A DNA stretch of 64,000 nucleotides from Eledone cirrhosa. Taxonomy: Eukaryota. The DNA lies in assembly GCA_964016885.1 (NCBI GenBank), contig OZ024740.1:122822001-122886000 (forward strand), in the 5' to 3' direction. Both the position numbers and the translations under genes were made by a program. The notes under the pieces are model-generated. The model saw only the letters and a list, made by a program, of their open reading frames with translations. It was not told where the DNA came from and ran no database searches. The first letter of the stretch is position 1; each line of letters starts with the position of its first letter. This document shows positions 1 through 12,191 of this stretch, one piece after another.

Positions 1-86
1 AATATATGGACCTGTTATTTTTCTCTAAAAACATTTTTTTTAATTCCATCCCACCCGTCTTTTCAATCCATCCAATTTCTCATTCT

Positions 87-124
87 TTCTTCTGATGAAG
101 GACTAGCGTCTGAAACGTTAAGAA
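87..124 (+). ncRNA. Minimal type I hammerhead ribozyme (PLE pseudo-LTR type)
   Basis: ttctt-CTGATGA-a-ggac(tagc)gtct-GAAA-cg-TT-aagaa: 5-bp stem I, intact core, 4-bp stem II, palindromic ACGT stem III; predicted cleavage after GUU (119). Confidence 0.7.
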
Positions 125-941
125 CTTCTTCCTGTTATTTCATTAACCTAATATATTCCCTCCATATAATGTAGCAATTGTGTTGTTATTTCTGTTTACC
201 TGTTACATACATATATTGTATTAATTAATGTACAAACAAGGAAGGATTAACACTTAAACAAAATAAGCATATAATTTAAGCATCAAAGTAAGAGGAATAT
301 CATTTTATTCAAATGAAACAATTCTAGTCCTGTAGAAGCCATTTCGACTCCCTCCTTTCTCGCTGTCCACTTGGTTGTTTTGGTAAAACCATTTTGGATT
401 AACTCCCTTTCCCTTCTCCTCCCTCTCTCTCTGTCCCTCTTGCTCACCCCCTTTCACTTCCGGTTTCTCTGTCTTTCTCTCTCTAGCCTCACTTTACAGA
501 GATCATCATGGAAAAACCTTACTGTGTAGTTATCGCTGCCAATGGGCTTATACCCCATTGGCTTATTATAACTTATTCCACTTTCTCTTCATTTACTTAT
601 ATACATGTGCCATTGTGCTGTGTCCCAAATTCTATCGGTACGTATACTTCGTTTTTTTCTCTTTTCATTCTTTTTTTCTTCCTCTTTCTTCACTATCACT
701 TCTTTCACTCGTGGCCTTTTGATAGGCACGCTACAGATCGATGTTCTGTTTTAAGCAGCGAAACATCTATAATCTGTAGCAAACAGCTGATGAAGAGATA
801 CTTTTCTTCTCTTGTTTACATCCCATTTACCTTCTAACACTTCATTTTCAGTAACCACACAGCCTGCCTCTTCACCTGTATTTATATATTTATATATATA
901 TAAAGAATGGACATTAATCGGTGATGATGATATTTATATGT

Positions 942-2388
942 ATCATCATCATCATCATCATCATCACCATTTTACGTCCGTTCTTCCACGCTAGCATGGT
1001 TAGACGGGTTGTACTCTTTGTGGGCAGTGTCTGGTCGGCTGACCATGCCTTGCTCATACAGGAACTGATTTGGCTTGATTTCTACAGCTGGATGCCCTTC
1101 CTAACGCCAACCCCATTTACAGTGAGTGCTGGGTGCTTTTTCGTGGCGCCTACACGTCCACTTTACAGTGTGGGCTGGGTGCTTTTTTGCCGTTGCACCT
1201 CCACGACCACCTTGCAGTGGGAGGGTGTGGGGGCATATTGTCTATATGCTTCAGCTTGTACCCATGGGAGGTCGGGTACTCTGTATTACTGCGAGACGCC
1301 AGAGGTCACGGTCGTGTGTCATCGCCTTGGAGAGGTGTAATTGGGTATGGTCGGCTTTTATCAACTCATCCTAGGTCATCTTGGGTCTCCCCACTCTGCA
1401 GTTTCCATCGACTTCTAGTGCTCTGCACCTTTTTATGCAGCTGTCATCCTTCATACGCATCACATGTCCATACCAACGCAACCGCCTCTCCTGCACACAG
1501 CATTTGATTCCTCTTATGCTCAGTCTCGCTCTCAATTCATTTATGCTTTGTCGGTCGCGTGTATTACTGTTACACATCCATCGGAGCATGCAGGCTTCGT
1601 TTCTCTCTAATCTACGTAAGTCTTCCACCTTCAGCGCCCAGGTCTCACTACCATGTAACATTGCTGTTCGGATACACGCATCATACAGTCTGCCTCTCAT
1701 TTTGAGGGGGAAGCCTTTTTTAGCTAGCAGTGGCAGTAGTTCCCTGAACTTCTTCCATCCTGTTCTTACTCTAGTTATTGTACTTTCTGAACACCCACTT
1801 CCGCTGCTAATTCGGTCACCTCGGTAGCAGAATCTGTCTACTGTCTCTACAGAGCCCTCCCAGAGATTGGTGGTACTTGTTTCCTGTGGCTGTTTTCTGC
1901 TTGCTGTCCCAGTACAGCTGCTGCATGTGAAGCCTACATTCTTAATTAAGCTTCCTGAGATCCCGCTACATCTCTTGTGTACCCATTGTTTGCATTTGGG
2001 GCAGTTAATGGAGTTCCTACCTACACCTTTCCTACATACTGAGCAAGGCCATTTCCCTGAGGGGTTCTGGGTTCTGTTTTCTCGTCTACTTACAAGGACC
2101 TTAGTCTTTGTCATGTTGACTTTGAGACCCTTTCTTTCTAGTCCCTGCTTCCAAGTTTGGAATTTCTTCTCTAGTTCTACCATAGATTCAGCTATAAGTA
2201 CAAGGTCATCAGCATACAGGAGTTCCCATGGGCATCCGGTCTTAAACTCCTCCGTTATTGCCTGCAGGACTATGATGAACAGGAGAGGGCTAAGAACAGA
2301 GCCTTGGTGGACACCAACCTGTACGCTAAATTCCTCGCTATACTCATTGCTAATCCTAACTTTGCTGACTGCTCCCCTATACATGGCT
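942..2388 (-). mobile_element. RTE-clade LINE, 5'-truncated (RT C-terminal half, 3' UTR, (ATG)n tail)
   Basis: ORF 1371-2384 has GVHQGSVLSPLLF, LLYADDLVL, HGSETW and RRLRWYGHVMRM; tail reads (CAT)n on + at about 942-969. Confidence 0.92.
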
Positions 2389-3836
2389 TGTAATATTTAT
2401 ATATATATATACATATAAGTATCATCATCATCACCGATTAATGTCCATTATTTCATACTAGCATGGGTTAAATGTGTTGTCTTATTGTGAGACAAGCCAG
2501 TTTCTGGCTTGGTCTCTAGAGATGAATGCACATCCTAATGGCAACCACATTTACAGTGTGTACTGGATGACTGGATGATTTTTTATCATCGCACCAAAAC
2601 AACCACTTCATAGTGTGGGCTGGGTGTTTTTTGTCATGACACCTACGCGGACACTTTATAGTGTTGATGGAGCTGGGGTACGGGGAGATACACGGGGATT
2701 GAAGAGGTAGATCTAGAGTAGGGAACATCCAAACTTGCAAACCTACTAAATATTTATATACATATATAAATACATCGTATTGGTAGTCTTTGGTTGTGCA
2801 AGGCTCTTGATTTGAAAAATTTGAATTTGTGTGTTGAAACAGATATTGTTAACCCATACAACTGTGGTGGGAAAATAGATGTTAAATGATGATGACGAGG
2901 TTGAAGATGACTATGATAATGAGGATAATGATGGAAGTATCATGCTGCCAATAAACCTCATGTACCAGTTGTGTTTCACTTCAGTTTTTTTATTAATTAG
3001 GGGTCAGTGTCTGAAAGAGATAGGAAGGTAGCTATCTATCATGGCAATGTTAAGAAAGGGATAGGAATATGAAATGATATAAAAACTATGGTCTTAGTTT
3101 TAAGATTTGAAGTTCTCCATTATGACAGGCAGATTGATACATATAAACAATATATATTTATATATATATATATACATCACACATATCCACCCACATGATA
3201 TGCAATATATATATACATATACTACATATATATATGTATCATATGCACATAAATATGTCTATATACAATATATACACATGCATAACAATACATACATATA
3301 ATGTATGATGTAATATGGAAATGGGGTGGGGGGTGTGGGGCAAAAGCCATGTCTGCAAAACAGCTAACCCCAAAGGTGGTGGATAGCGGGTGGGATGCAG
3401 AGACGATAGAACCATGGACTGGGTTTTTACTTCGAGAAACACAGGACAATAGTATAGTGTGTAGGTTGTTTAGAATGAAGCAATACCAGGGATAATGGGA
3501 GATAGTGCCGAGAGCGCTATGAAGTAAGAAGAATGAGGAGGGGAAGGAGGAGAAGGAATAATAATAATAATAAGAAGAAGAAGAAGAATTTAAAATAACC
3601 AGTTAACATTGAAATAAATGAATGGGGCACCTCAAAATAAGAAAGGGAAAGTTTGGAAAACTAATTTAAATTATAGCTTGGATAGTCTTATAGTTTGCTG
3701 TCTGGGTTGTTTTATGAAAATTTGTGGGTTTTTACTTTGTTAGACGAGACGAGGCAGGACAGGAGCGCAGCATGTAGTTTGCTTGTTTAGAACTAAATGA
3801 AACAGTTAATGGGGGGGGAGATAGTGCCAATATATA

Positions 3837-3868
<32 letters not shown>

Positions 3869-3874
<6 letters not shown>

Positions 3875-4301
3875 TAACAGAAAAACGTTGCAACCGAAGG
3901 AAGACAGGAAGACAATACTTTGGTTCGTGGAAACGTTCCCTGGCAAAGAATGGAAAAAACGAAGATAATACGTCATTATTTGGAGCGGTGAAAACAATTA
4001 CACGCAAAGACAGAACCACGTTTATGGTATAAATGAAGTAATAGACTAATATCCTATGAGGTGGTTCGTGGAGACGTTCTCTGGCAATAAACGGAAAAAA
4101 CGGTAATATTTACTTCTGCGTTCACAGATTGATTTTTTTTAGTTTCAGAAGATCCCGTTAAGGGTGAAAGCAGCGATTCTTTGCATAAACTTTAATCTGT
4201 TATTTTAATAAATATTTGCTCTACGGATCTTATATATTTGATATATATTTATCCTTATCGAGCACTCTTTGGATTTTAGTCTTCAAATTTATTATTATTA
4301 C
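3869..4301 (+). mobile_element. Probable solo PLE 3'/pseudo-LTR fragment with degenerate hammerhead
   Basis: Between (TA)n tracts; HHR-like fold at 4125-4199; downstream tttgctct...gagcactctt resembles the tail of the PLE family at 18415-18491; 41-bp direct repeat at 3921 and 4062. Confidence 0.5.
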
Positions 4302-4482
4302 TATATATATATAAAATACAATATGTTGAAAAGGTAACACACTAGAGAGAGATAGTGCGCCATCAATGAAACAGGGAAAACCACCAGTGTATGCAATCTA
4401 TAACCTATGAAAGGCAGAGTAGACACACGATAATTAAAAATATAAATTAAAGTGTATACACATACGTCTATAACTATATAAC

Positions 4483-4564
4483 ACACACGTATAAATCCAA
4501 AGAGATCTGTTTCAACAATAAGTTGTTGACAGAAATGAAATACCCATGGTTCATCAGCGTGTGT
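4483..4564 (-). ncRNA. Type I hammerhead ribozyme, copy 1
   Basis: Minus strand acacacg-CTGATGA-...-GAAA-cagatctctttggattta-TA-cgtgtgt; 7-bp stem I; one mismatch in stem III. Confidence 0.6.
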
Positions 4565-5015
4565 AAGGCTATACATTTCAGACAAGAGAATTTAAAGCGA
4601 CCGTCCAGCTACACGTGGGAGAGAGAAGTCACAGCGTGTTTAGGGTAGTGAACCAGTGGCGTCTGAAGGACGATCTGCTAGAAAGGGCAGCCCCAAACCA
4701 CTCAGAGAAGTGTGCTCAACCAAACAGAGAGAGAGGAAAGACTGTTATAAGGAACGAAATACTACAATGAATTAATGGAACCATAGACTCTCGCTATTCC
4801 CTGTCAATAATGTACTCAAAGGAGAAGGAATCCTGAGCTCTTTAAAATACAATATGTTGAAAATGTAACACACTAGAGAGAGATAGTACGCCATCAATAA
4901 AACAGGGAAAAAACCACCAGTGTATGGAATCTATAACCTATGAAAGGCAGGGTAGACACATGATAATTAAAAATATAAATTAAAGTGTATATACAAACCT
5001 TTATAAATATATAAC

Positions 5016-5098
5016 ACACACGTACAAATCCAAAGAGATCTGTTTCGCTAATAAGTTGTTGACAGAAATAAAATAGCCCATGGTTCATCAGCGTGTGT
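5016..5098 (-). ncRNA. Type I hammerhead ribozyme, copy 2
   Basis: Minus strand acacacg-CTGATGA-accatgg-gcta...tagc-GAAA-cagatct(cttt)ggatttG-TA-cgtgtgt; 8-bp stem III, GUA cleavage triplet. Confidence 0.72.
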
Positions 5099-6073
5099 AA
5101 TGCTATACATTTCAGACGACTCTAAGATAATTTAAAGCTACCGTCCAGCTACACGTGGGAGAGAGAATTCACAGCGTGTTCAGGGCAGTGAACCAGTTTA
5201 TTGATTGTACACTATCTCTCTCTAGTGTGTTACCTTGTCAACATATTGTATTTTAAAAAGCTCAGGATTCCTTCTCCTTTGAGCACATTATTGACAGGGA
5301 ATAGCGAGAGTCTATGGCTCCGTTAATTTATCGTGATATATATATAGAAATTATTATAATAACACTTTTTTTAAAATTAGTTAACCTATAATTAATATTC
5401 TACTACTAATGAAATGCATAATTTTATTTCCCTTTTACAGCTATCTTTTCCTAAAATTTATACCATTAAGTATACATATAAACTATTTTAATTTCAGGTT
5501 ATGATTCTATGTTCCTTATAATCTATATAAATTTGTTATTTCTCACTAATAAATGTAACCCCCCCCCCCCAATAATTATTATTATTATTTTTTTATTTTC
5601 CCTTCGTTTTTAACAGCACTCTTCAATTACATCTAACTCTTATTTATCATATCTATATGAATTAATATAAATTTATCAATATAAATATACCTATCAATTT
5701 AATTAATTTATTTTCTTTTTATAGATGTAAATTCCCTATATTTTAAATAAGATTGATATTTTTCACTAACACATTTATCGTAAAATTTTATTCTCCTTAG
5801 ATATTTACATTAGTATTATTCTTTTATAACATCAAATTTTCGTGTACCTTTTACCGACTTGACCTATTTTCATCCCTAAAATAATCTTTTCATTCATCAT
5901 ACTCTTTCCATTCAAAACTGAAATTTGCCTTCCTCTACCCCTAAATTAAAGTTCTATTACTACTATTTTACCAACTTGACCATTTACTACCTTTCTATTG
6001 GTCAATTCAAAACCTGTTCCCAAACAGACCTATTATATTAAATCTTTGTTGTTTTTTTTCAATAAACAAATAT

Positions 6074-6209
6074 CATTATTTCTGAAGACAGCATATATAT
6101 GTGTAGGTATGTATATTCCCTCTGATAGTTTGTAAACATTTTACATAGATCTATATGATATGCATACCAACACAAACATATATATCCTAGAAACGATCGT
6201 AAAATGATG
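6074..6209 (+). ncRNA. Type I hammerhead ribozyme with about 100-nt stem II
   Basis: cattattt-CTGAAGA-[6089-6189 long hairpin]-GAAA-cgatcg-TA-aaatgatg; 8-bp stem I, palindromic ACGATCGT stem III; at the end of a T-rich tract (about 5345-6265) bounded by (TA)n. Confidence 0.72.
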
Positions 6210-6261
6210 CATTTTTTAATATAAGGAACTGTGTCTTTGCTTTTATTCATTATTTTTATTA

Positions 6262-6303
<42 letters not shown>

Positions 6304-6304
<1 letters not shown>

Positions 6305-7440
6305 AGGAGTTTAAGACCAGATGCCCATGGGAACTCCTGTATGCAGATGACCTCGCACTTATAGCTGAATCTATGGTAGAACTAGAGAAGAAATTCCAAA
6401 CTTGAAGCAGGGACTAGAAAGAAAGGGTCTCAAAGTAAACCTGACAAAGACTAAGGTCCTTGTAAGTAGGCTAGAAAACAGAACCCATATCCCCTCAGGG
6501 AAATGGCCTTGCTCAGTATGTAGGAAAGGTGTAGGTAGGAACTCCATTCTCTGCCCCAAATGCAAACAATGGGTACACAAGATATATAGTGGGATCTCAG
6601 GAAGCTTAATTAAGAATGTAGGCTTCACATGTAGCAGCTGTGCTGGGACAGCAAGTAGCAAACAGCCACAGGAATCAAGTACCACCAATCTCTGGCGGGC
6701 TCTGTAGATACAGTAGACAGCTTCTGCTACCTAGGTGACCGAATTAGCAGCGGAGGTGGGTGTTCAGAAAGTACAATAACTAGGGTAAGAACGGGACGTA
6801 AGAAGTTCAGGGAACTACTGCCACTGCTAGCTAAAAAAGGCTTTTCCCTCAAAATGAAAGGCAGACTGTATAATGCGTGTATACGAACAGCAATGTTACA
6901 TGGTAGTGAGACCTGGGCGCTGAAGTTGGAAGACTTACGTAGATTAGAAAGAAACAAAGTCTACATGCTCCGATAGATGCGTAATAGTAATATACGCGAA
7001 CGGCAAAGCATAAATGAATTGAGAGGGAGACTGAGAATAAGAGGAATCAAATTCTGTGTGCAGGAGAGACAGTTGCTTTGGTATGGACATGTGATGCGTA
7101 TGAAGGATGACAGCTGCATAAAAAGGTGCAGAGTATTAGAAATCATTGGAAACCGCGGAGTGGGGAGACCCAAGAAAACCTGGGATGAGGTGATAAAAGC
7201 CGACCTTATTCAATTACAACTCTCAAAGGCGATGACACACGACCGTGACCTCTGGCGTTATGCAATAATACAGAGTACCCGACCTCCCATGGGTACAAGC
7301 TGAAGCATATAGACAAATGCCCCCCACACCCTCCCAGAGCTAAGTGGTCGTGGGGGTGCTACGGCAAAAAAGCACCCAGCCCACAGTGTAAAGTGGACGT
7401 GTAGGCACCACGTAAAACGGTGATTATGATGATGATGATA
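6304..7440 (+). mobile_element. RTE-clade LINE 3' fragment, frameshifted
   Basis: Same family as 942-2388 (WELLYADD start, WPCSVCRKGVG, LLWYGHVMRM), ending in a (GAT)n tail. Confidence 0.9.
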
Positions 7441-7445
7441 TATAA

Positions 7446-7790
7446 TCACCATCACCGTTTTTTTACATTCATTCTTCCATGCTAGCATAGGTTAGACGAG
7501 TTCTCCTGTTGTGGGCAATGCCAGGTCAATTAACCAAGTCTTGCTGATACAGAACGGATTTTGGTTGATTTCTACAGCTGGATGCCCTTCTTAACACCAA
7601 CCTCATTTACAGTGATAAGTACTGGGTGCTTTTTTGTTGTCATACCTACACGACCACTTTACAGTGGGAGTTGGGTGGGGGCATGCTGTCTTTATGCTTC
7701 AACTTCGACTTGTACTCATGGGAAGTCAAGTCTTTTGTATTACTGTGTAATGCCAGAGATCTCTGAGAGGTGCAATGTGAGAGGTGCAAT
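7446..7790 (-). mobile_element. RTE LINE 3' UTR fragment
   Basis: Diverged match to about 965-1300 (gatttctacagctggatgcccttc); tail-to-tail with the preceding copy. Confidence 0.7.
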
Positions 7791-8354
7791 TGGGAAAAAT
7801 CATAAATATATATATATAGCAGCCCATTTGAAATGCCTCAATGACATAAAATTTGTTTTACTTTAGAATCTGATTAGAAAAATAATAGGTAACTATATAC
7901 ATATATTTTTAAAATATGTGTTAAAATATTCTTAACTACATACATATAACTTTCTTCTATACCTGCATGGGATGTTTGACTAAGGAAAAATCTAAATATT
8001 TTCAAATCTTTCTATCATAAATAACGGAGCGTACTGCCCTCAATTTAAAGGAAAACTTTTTTACAACCCCTCCTGTAACTGATTTATAGTTTTAACATTT
8101 CTTTTCCGAAAAAAAACAAAAAAACACCTTGCACTTGAAATGTTAATTGCCTGCCTAAATGCTCCTTGCTTTGAATCCTCTATTTTTCTTGATATTAATT
8201 TATTGCTATTTTATTATATTTCTTGAAGCGATATGTTTAGGATAAAGCACCCATAATTGAGTTAATTGTTAACTGGAAATCTCCAGTTTCTCCACAAATG
8301 AATGCGATATTCTCTTCACTTTGAAACGTTCATAGCGATGTATAGATAAATAAT

Positions 8355-8545
8355 AAGTGTTTCTACTTTGGGCACAAGGCCAGCAATCACCCAGTACATT
8401 ACTGGTACTTTATTTTATCGACTCCGCAAGAATGAAAGGCAAAGTTAATCTCGGCGGGATTTGAACTCAGACCGTAAAGGGACGTAACTATGCTGGAAAG
8501 CATGGCGTCCGACTCTCTACCGATACTGCCAATCCACCACCCATA
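8355..8545 (-). mobile_element. tRNA-derived SINE (family A)
   Basis: Reverse complement of the SINE at 51078-51282, including B-box gttcaaatccc and the ccttgtgccc...gtagaaac end. Confidence 0.8.
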
Positions 8546-10964
8546 TATAGATAAATAATAATGTCCTATCCTTGGCTTACTTAAAATTTGAATATAATAT
8601 ATATATATATATATCATTATCATCATCATCATCATCATCATTGCAATTTTGACATCCACTCTCCCTGCTAGCAAGGATTGGACGGGCCCATATAAACCAA
8701 GTAAATCATTACTGAGGTAGAGCCACGGTTCTCCCAAACAGTCCAAGGACCTGTGCCCTTATGTATGGACTCATGTTCCATCGAATGCTCAGGAGAAGTT
8801 GCCATGTCTCTGATAAAACTAAGTTCCTTCCAATCCTTGGTTTCGCAAGGTATCTGTCTGTGGCTGAAACCCCTTCCAATCACTATATCACCAACCATTT
8901 TACACTATGTACTAGATGTGTGTATGGTATGAATCACCAGCTAGGGAGGTTGTCATATCCTTGACACAAATGAAGGGTCTTCCTGACCTTTCTGCAGCTG
9001 AAAGCCCTTCCTATCATCAACCACTTTATAATGTTTACTGGGTATGTTTATCATGTAGAATCTACATTGTAGATCACCAAAACTATTGAGGCTGTTGTGT
9101 CCATGACACCACTGAAGATTCCTCCCAACACTTTGTTTGTTTGCTTGGCAAGATCACCATAGCTAGAAGTCCTTCCTATCCCCAAACATTTCACAGGGGT
9201 GTGGTTGCAGCTGCTAGGATTGTGTGTGCGAGGTGGAGCTGAAGTAGTGAAGTTGAGAATAACTGTTACGAGATGCTAGTGGGAGGAGAGATCAGGTCAC
9301 ATCCAGTTAAGAATAGGTACATTTTATTCCTGCTTGCCATAAGAAGCAACTAAAATGATTGTTGTCAGGAAGGGAATCCAGTTGTAAAACATTGCCTCAA
9401 AAGGTTCAGCCCAGCTAATACCAAGATAGAAAAGTTAAAAGAAAAACGATGAATATGTATATATATATATATATATACATACAGGAAGGCTTTATGCATG
9501 TGTGTGTGCTTTCTGTAGTTAAAATTATAAAGTGAAAACTAAAATAAAGAAATACAATAAAAAAGAAATAGAATTTCATATACATGGACGCAGAAATGTC
9601 AGCAAACTGTTTCTCTCTCAATCTAACTAACTAAACGTATTCCAACCAACAAACCCCCTCTATTTTCATTCATACTATCTCACCCACTTTCTATGCACTA
9701 CAATACTCTCTTGTATTTTAACTTCTTACTTTACTGTCTTGTTGCAGTCACCAGATGCATGAAATTCCTCTGACTCAGAGATCTTTAAATAGTCATATGT
9801 GCAACTCTTCCTCTTGACAAAAACTATAAGAATAAAATCAAATATCTATGTGAGTGCATGTGTTTAGATTAAATTATTTGGCATGATTTGTAACTTCTTT
9901 GAAGGAAAAACATTTTAAAATAAGATAAAAATAATATTGCTTCCTTTCCATTATTTCCAGGGAGATGTAGAACACAAAATTAGATTTTCAATATATATTT
10001 AATGAAATGTAATTAACTGTCATTTATAACTTTACAGAGGATTTTAATCACCATCTGGTGACAGCAATAAATATTATCAAAAATCTGATTAGGTAGTATA
10101 ATAAGAAACTTACACAGAAGCAGATTGGAATCATAGTGAAATAGAATGGTAATGTCCATTTTATAATTGTGTCAACCCTTGACATTCTAACAATCTAATT
10201 AAATGAAGAGGAATTCGAGGGTCATGACTTTTAAACATTTTAGTTTTTTTAGCACAATTCTCAGTGATTTCTAAATTTATAAACAGGCTGTATTATTTAG
10301 CTTTCACTGAAAACTACTATTGTATCTTATACATGACACAAGAGAATTTATCAAATAAAATAGCAAAAGACACAAAACTTTCTGATGTCAAGAATACATT
10401 TGGTTTACTCTCTTTGCCTTTCAATAAACCCAAAAGAGATTAGAAATTCTGTCAACTAGGCTCAGTATCCTCATCCATCAATTCAGATTGAAAAGTATCC
10501 TAATTTGTAGTTTTGAACCTTAGTTGAGGTTTTCGACTGTCTTGCTTAGTTGAGCAGTATTCTGCTGAATAGTTTGGGCTAATGTTAACTGACTTTTAAT
10601 TTCATTGTAAGATATAAGAGAAAATGAATTTACATGATGAAACATTAGAACTATATGTTCATGGAGATATTTCCTGTATAAGTAAATATATTTATATATC
10701 AGATTAAAAATTGTTTTTATTTTATGATAATGATGCAAACCAACAGACAAAAGATTGCATTTACAGTAAATAGACAAAAGTAGATGGCACAAATTTTAAA
10801 AGATTCTTAAGTCATTTGATAAAATATCTCAAAATACTTCATAAAATATGTTAAAATTTATTATAAAGAATATGTAGAACACATTAAAAATATTGTTTTA
10901 ACAGAGAATTTATTATGAAAGATACTACATATATTCAACTTAAGATTTTGTTTGCTAATGATAA

Positions 10965-11600
10965 TAATGGCTTCAAAATTAGACACAAAACCGACAATTT
11001 AGAGGTGGGGGTGGGGGATTTTAAAGTTAAATATATATCAACCCTGGTACTTATCTAGCATTCTATTTTATTTACCCCAGAAGGATGACAGGCAAGTTGA
11101 CATTGGTTGGATTCTAACTCAGAATGTAAAGCAACAAAACAATTACCAAATATATTTTCCAATGCACTGCCAATCCACTGCTTTTTGCTAATGATAATAA
11201 TGGTTTCTGATTTAAACACGAAGTGAACAGTTTTGGGGAAGGTGGAAGGTGATTAAAGCAAACCCCCAGTGTACTTTATTTTATTGAACCTGTATGGCTG
11301 AAAGGCAAAGCTAAACTCAGAAGGACTTAAAATCCAAATGCCTTTATGCTGCAAAGCATTTTGTCCAACACTCTACTGATATTGTCAATCCACCACCTTA
11401 TCATGCTAATGATAATAATTGTTTCTGCATTCGGCACAAGGTCAGCAATTACACCACTGGTGCTTTATTTTATCGACCCCATAAGGCTGAAAGGCAAAGT
11501 TAACTTTGGTGGGATTTGAACTAAGAACATAAAGGGCCATAACTCTATGCTGCAAAGCATAGTGTCTGACGCTGTACCGATATTGCCAGTCCAATACCTT
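10965..11600 (-). mobile_element. Three tandem, diverged family A-like SINE copies
   Basis: Three units, each starting at gctaatgataataat and containing variants of aaggcaaagtt...atttgaactcagaa. Confidence 0.65.
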
Positions 11601-12140
11601 TCATCATCCTAATGATATAAATGCAAACTAATTTGTTGATTTACTCTAACAATTAATTTGCTTATCTCATAGTGTCACATTGTAACAATTGTTTATAAGA
11701 ATTTTTTTAATAGACAACACTGATGGCATATACTTCCTGAAATATTACTTTATATTTACTGAGGAATTGTCTTCCATTTAAGAGGTGATTTGTTTTGGAA
11801 TAGTAAAAATATTAAAACAAAAAATATTTTTTGTTCTGCAATTTTATTAACAAAAAAATGCCCTACTGTGTGTAACCTTGATTAAGAGACTTCTACAATT
11901 AACTTCAATTGATCAATGCCTTTTAAGGGAATTTCATAGATGGAAAAAGCGCAGTAACACTTTGAATGTATGTATATAAATATGTGTGTGTATATATATA
12001 TATATATATATAAATATGTGGGTGTGGGTGTGTGAGTGTGTGTGTGTATATATAAACTCATGCTAGTATGGAAGAATGGACGTAAAACGATGATGATGGT
12101 GATAATATATATATATATATATATAGTTTTAAAATAGAAG

Positions 12141-12191
12141 AGCTTCTAGAGGACCAGAACTGTTTCATTCGTGAGAAATCATCAGGAAGCT
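12141..12191 (-). ncRNA. Hammerhead-like motif, weak stems II and III
   Basis: Minus strand agcttc-CTGATGA-tttctcacgaat-GAAA-cagttctggtcctc-TA-gaagct; perfect 6-bp stem I and core, about 15 nt from (TA)n. Confidence 0.5.

Larger units (their letters stand above)
4312..5335 (-). mobile_element. Non-coding tandem HHR-bearing element (retrozyme-like), about 531-bp unit x1.7 plus an inverted segment
   Basis: taaaatacaatatgttg starts at both 4312 and 4843; 5198-5335 is the reverse complement of about 4765-4900; one HHR per unit; flanked by (TA)n. Confidence 0.7.
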
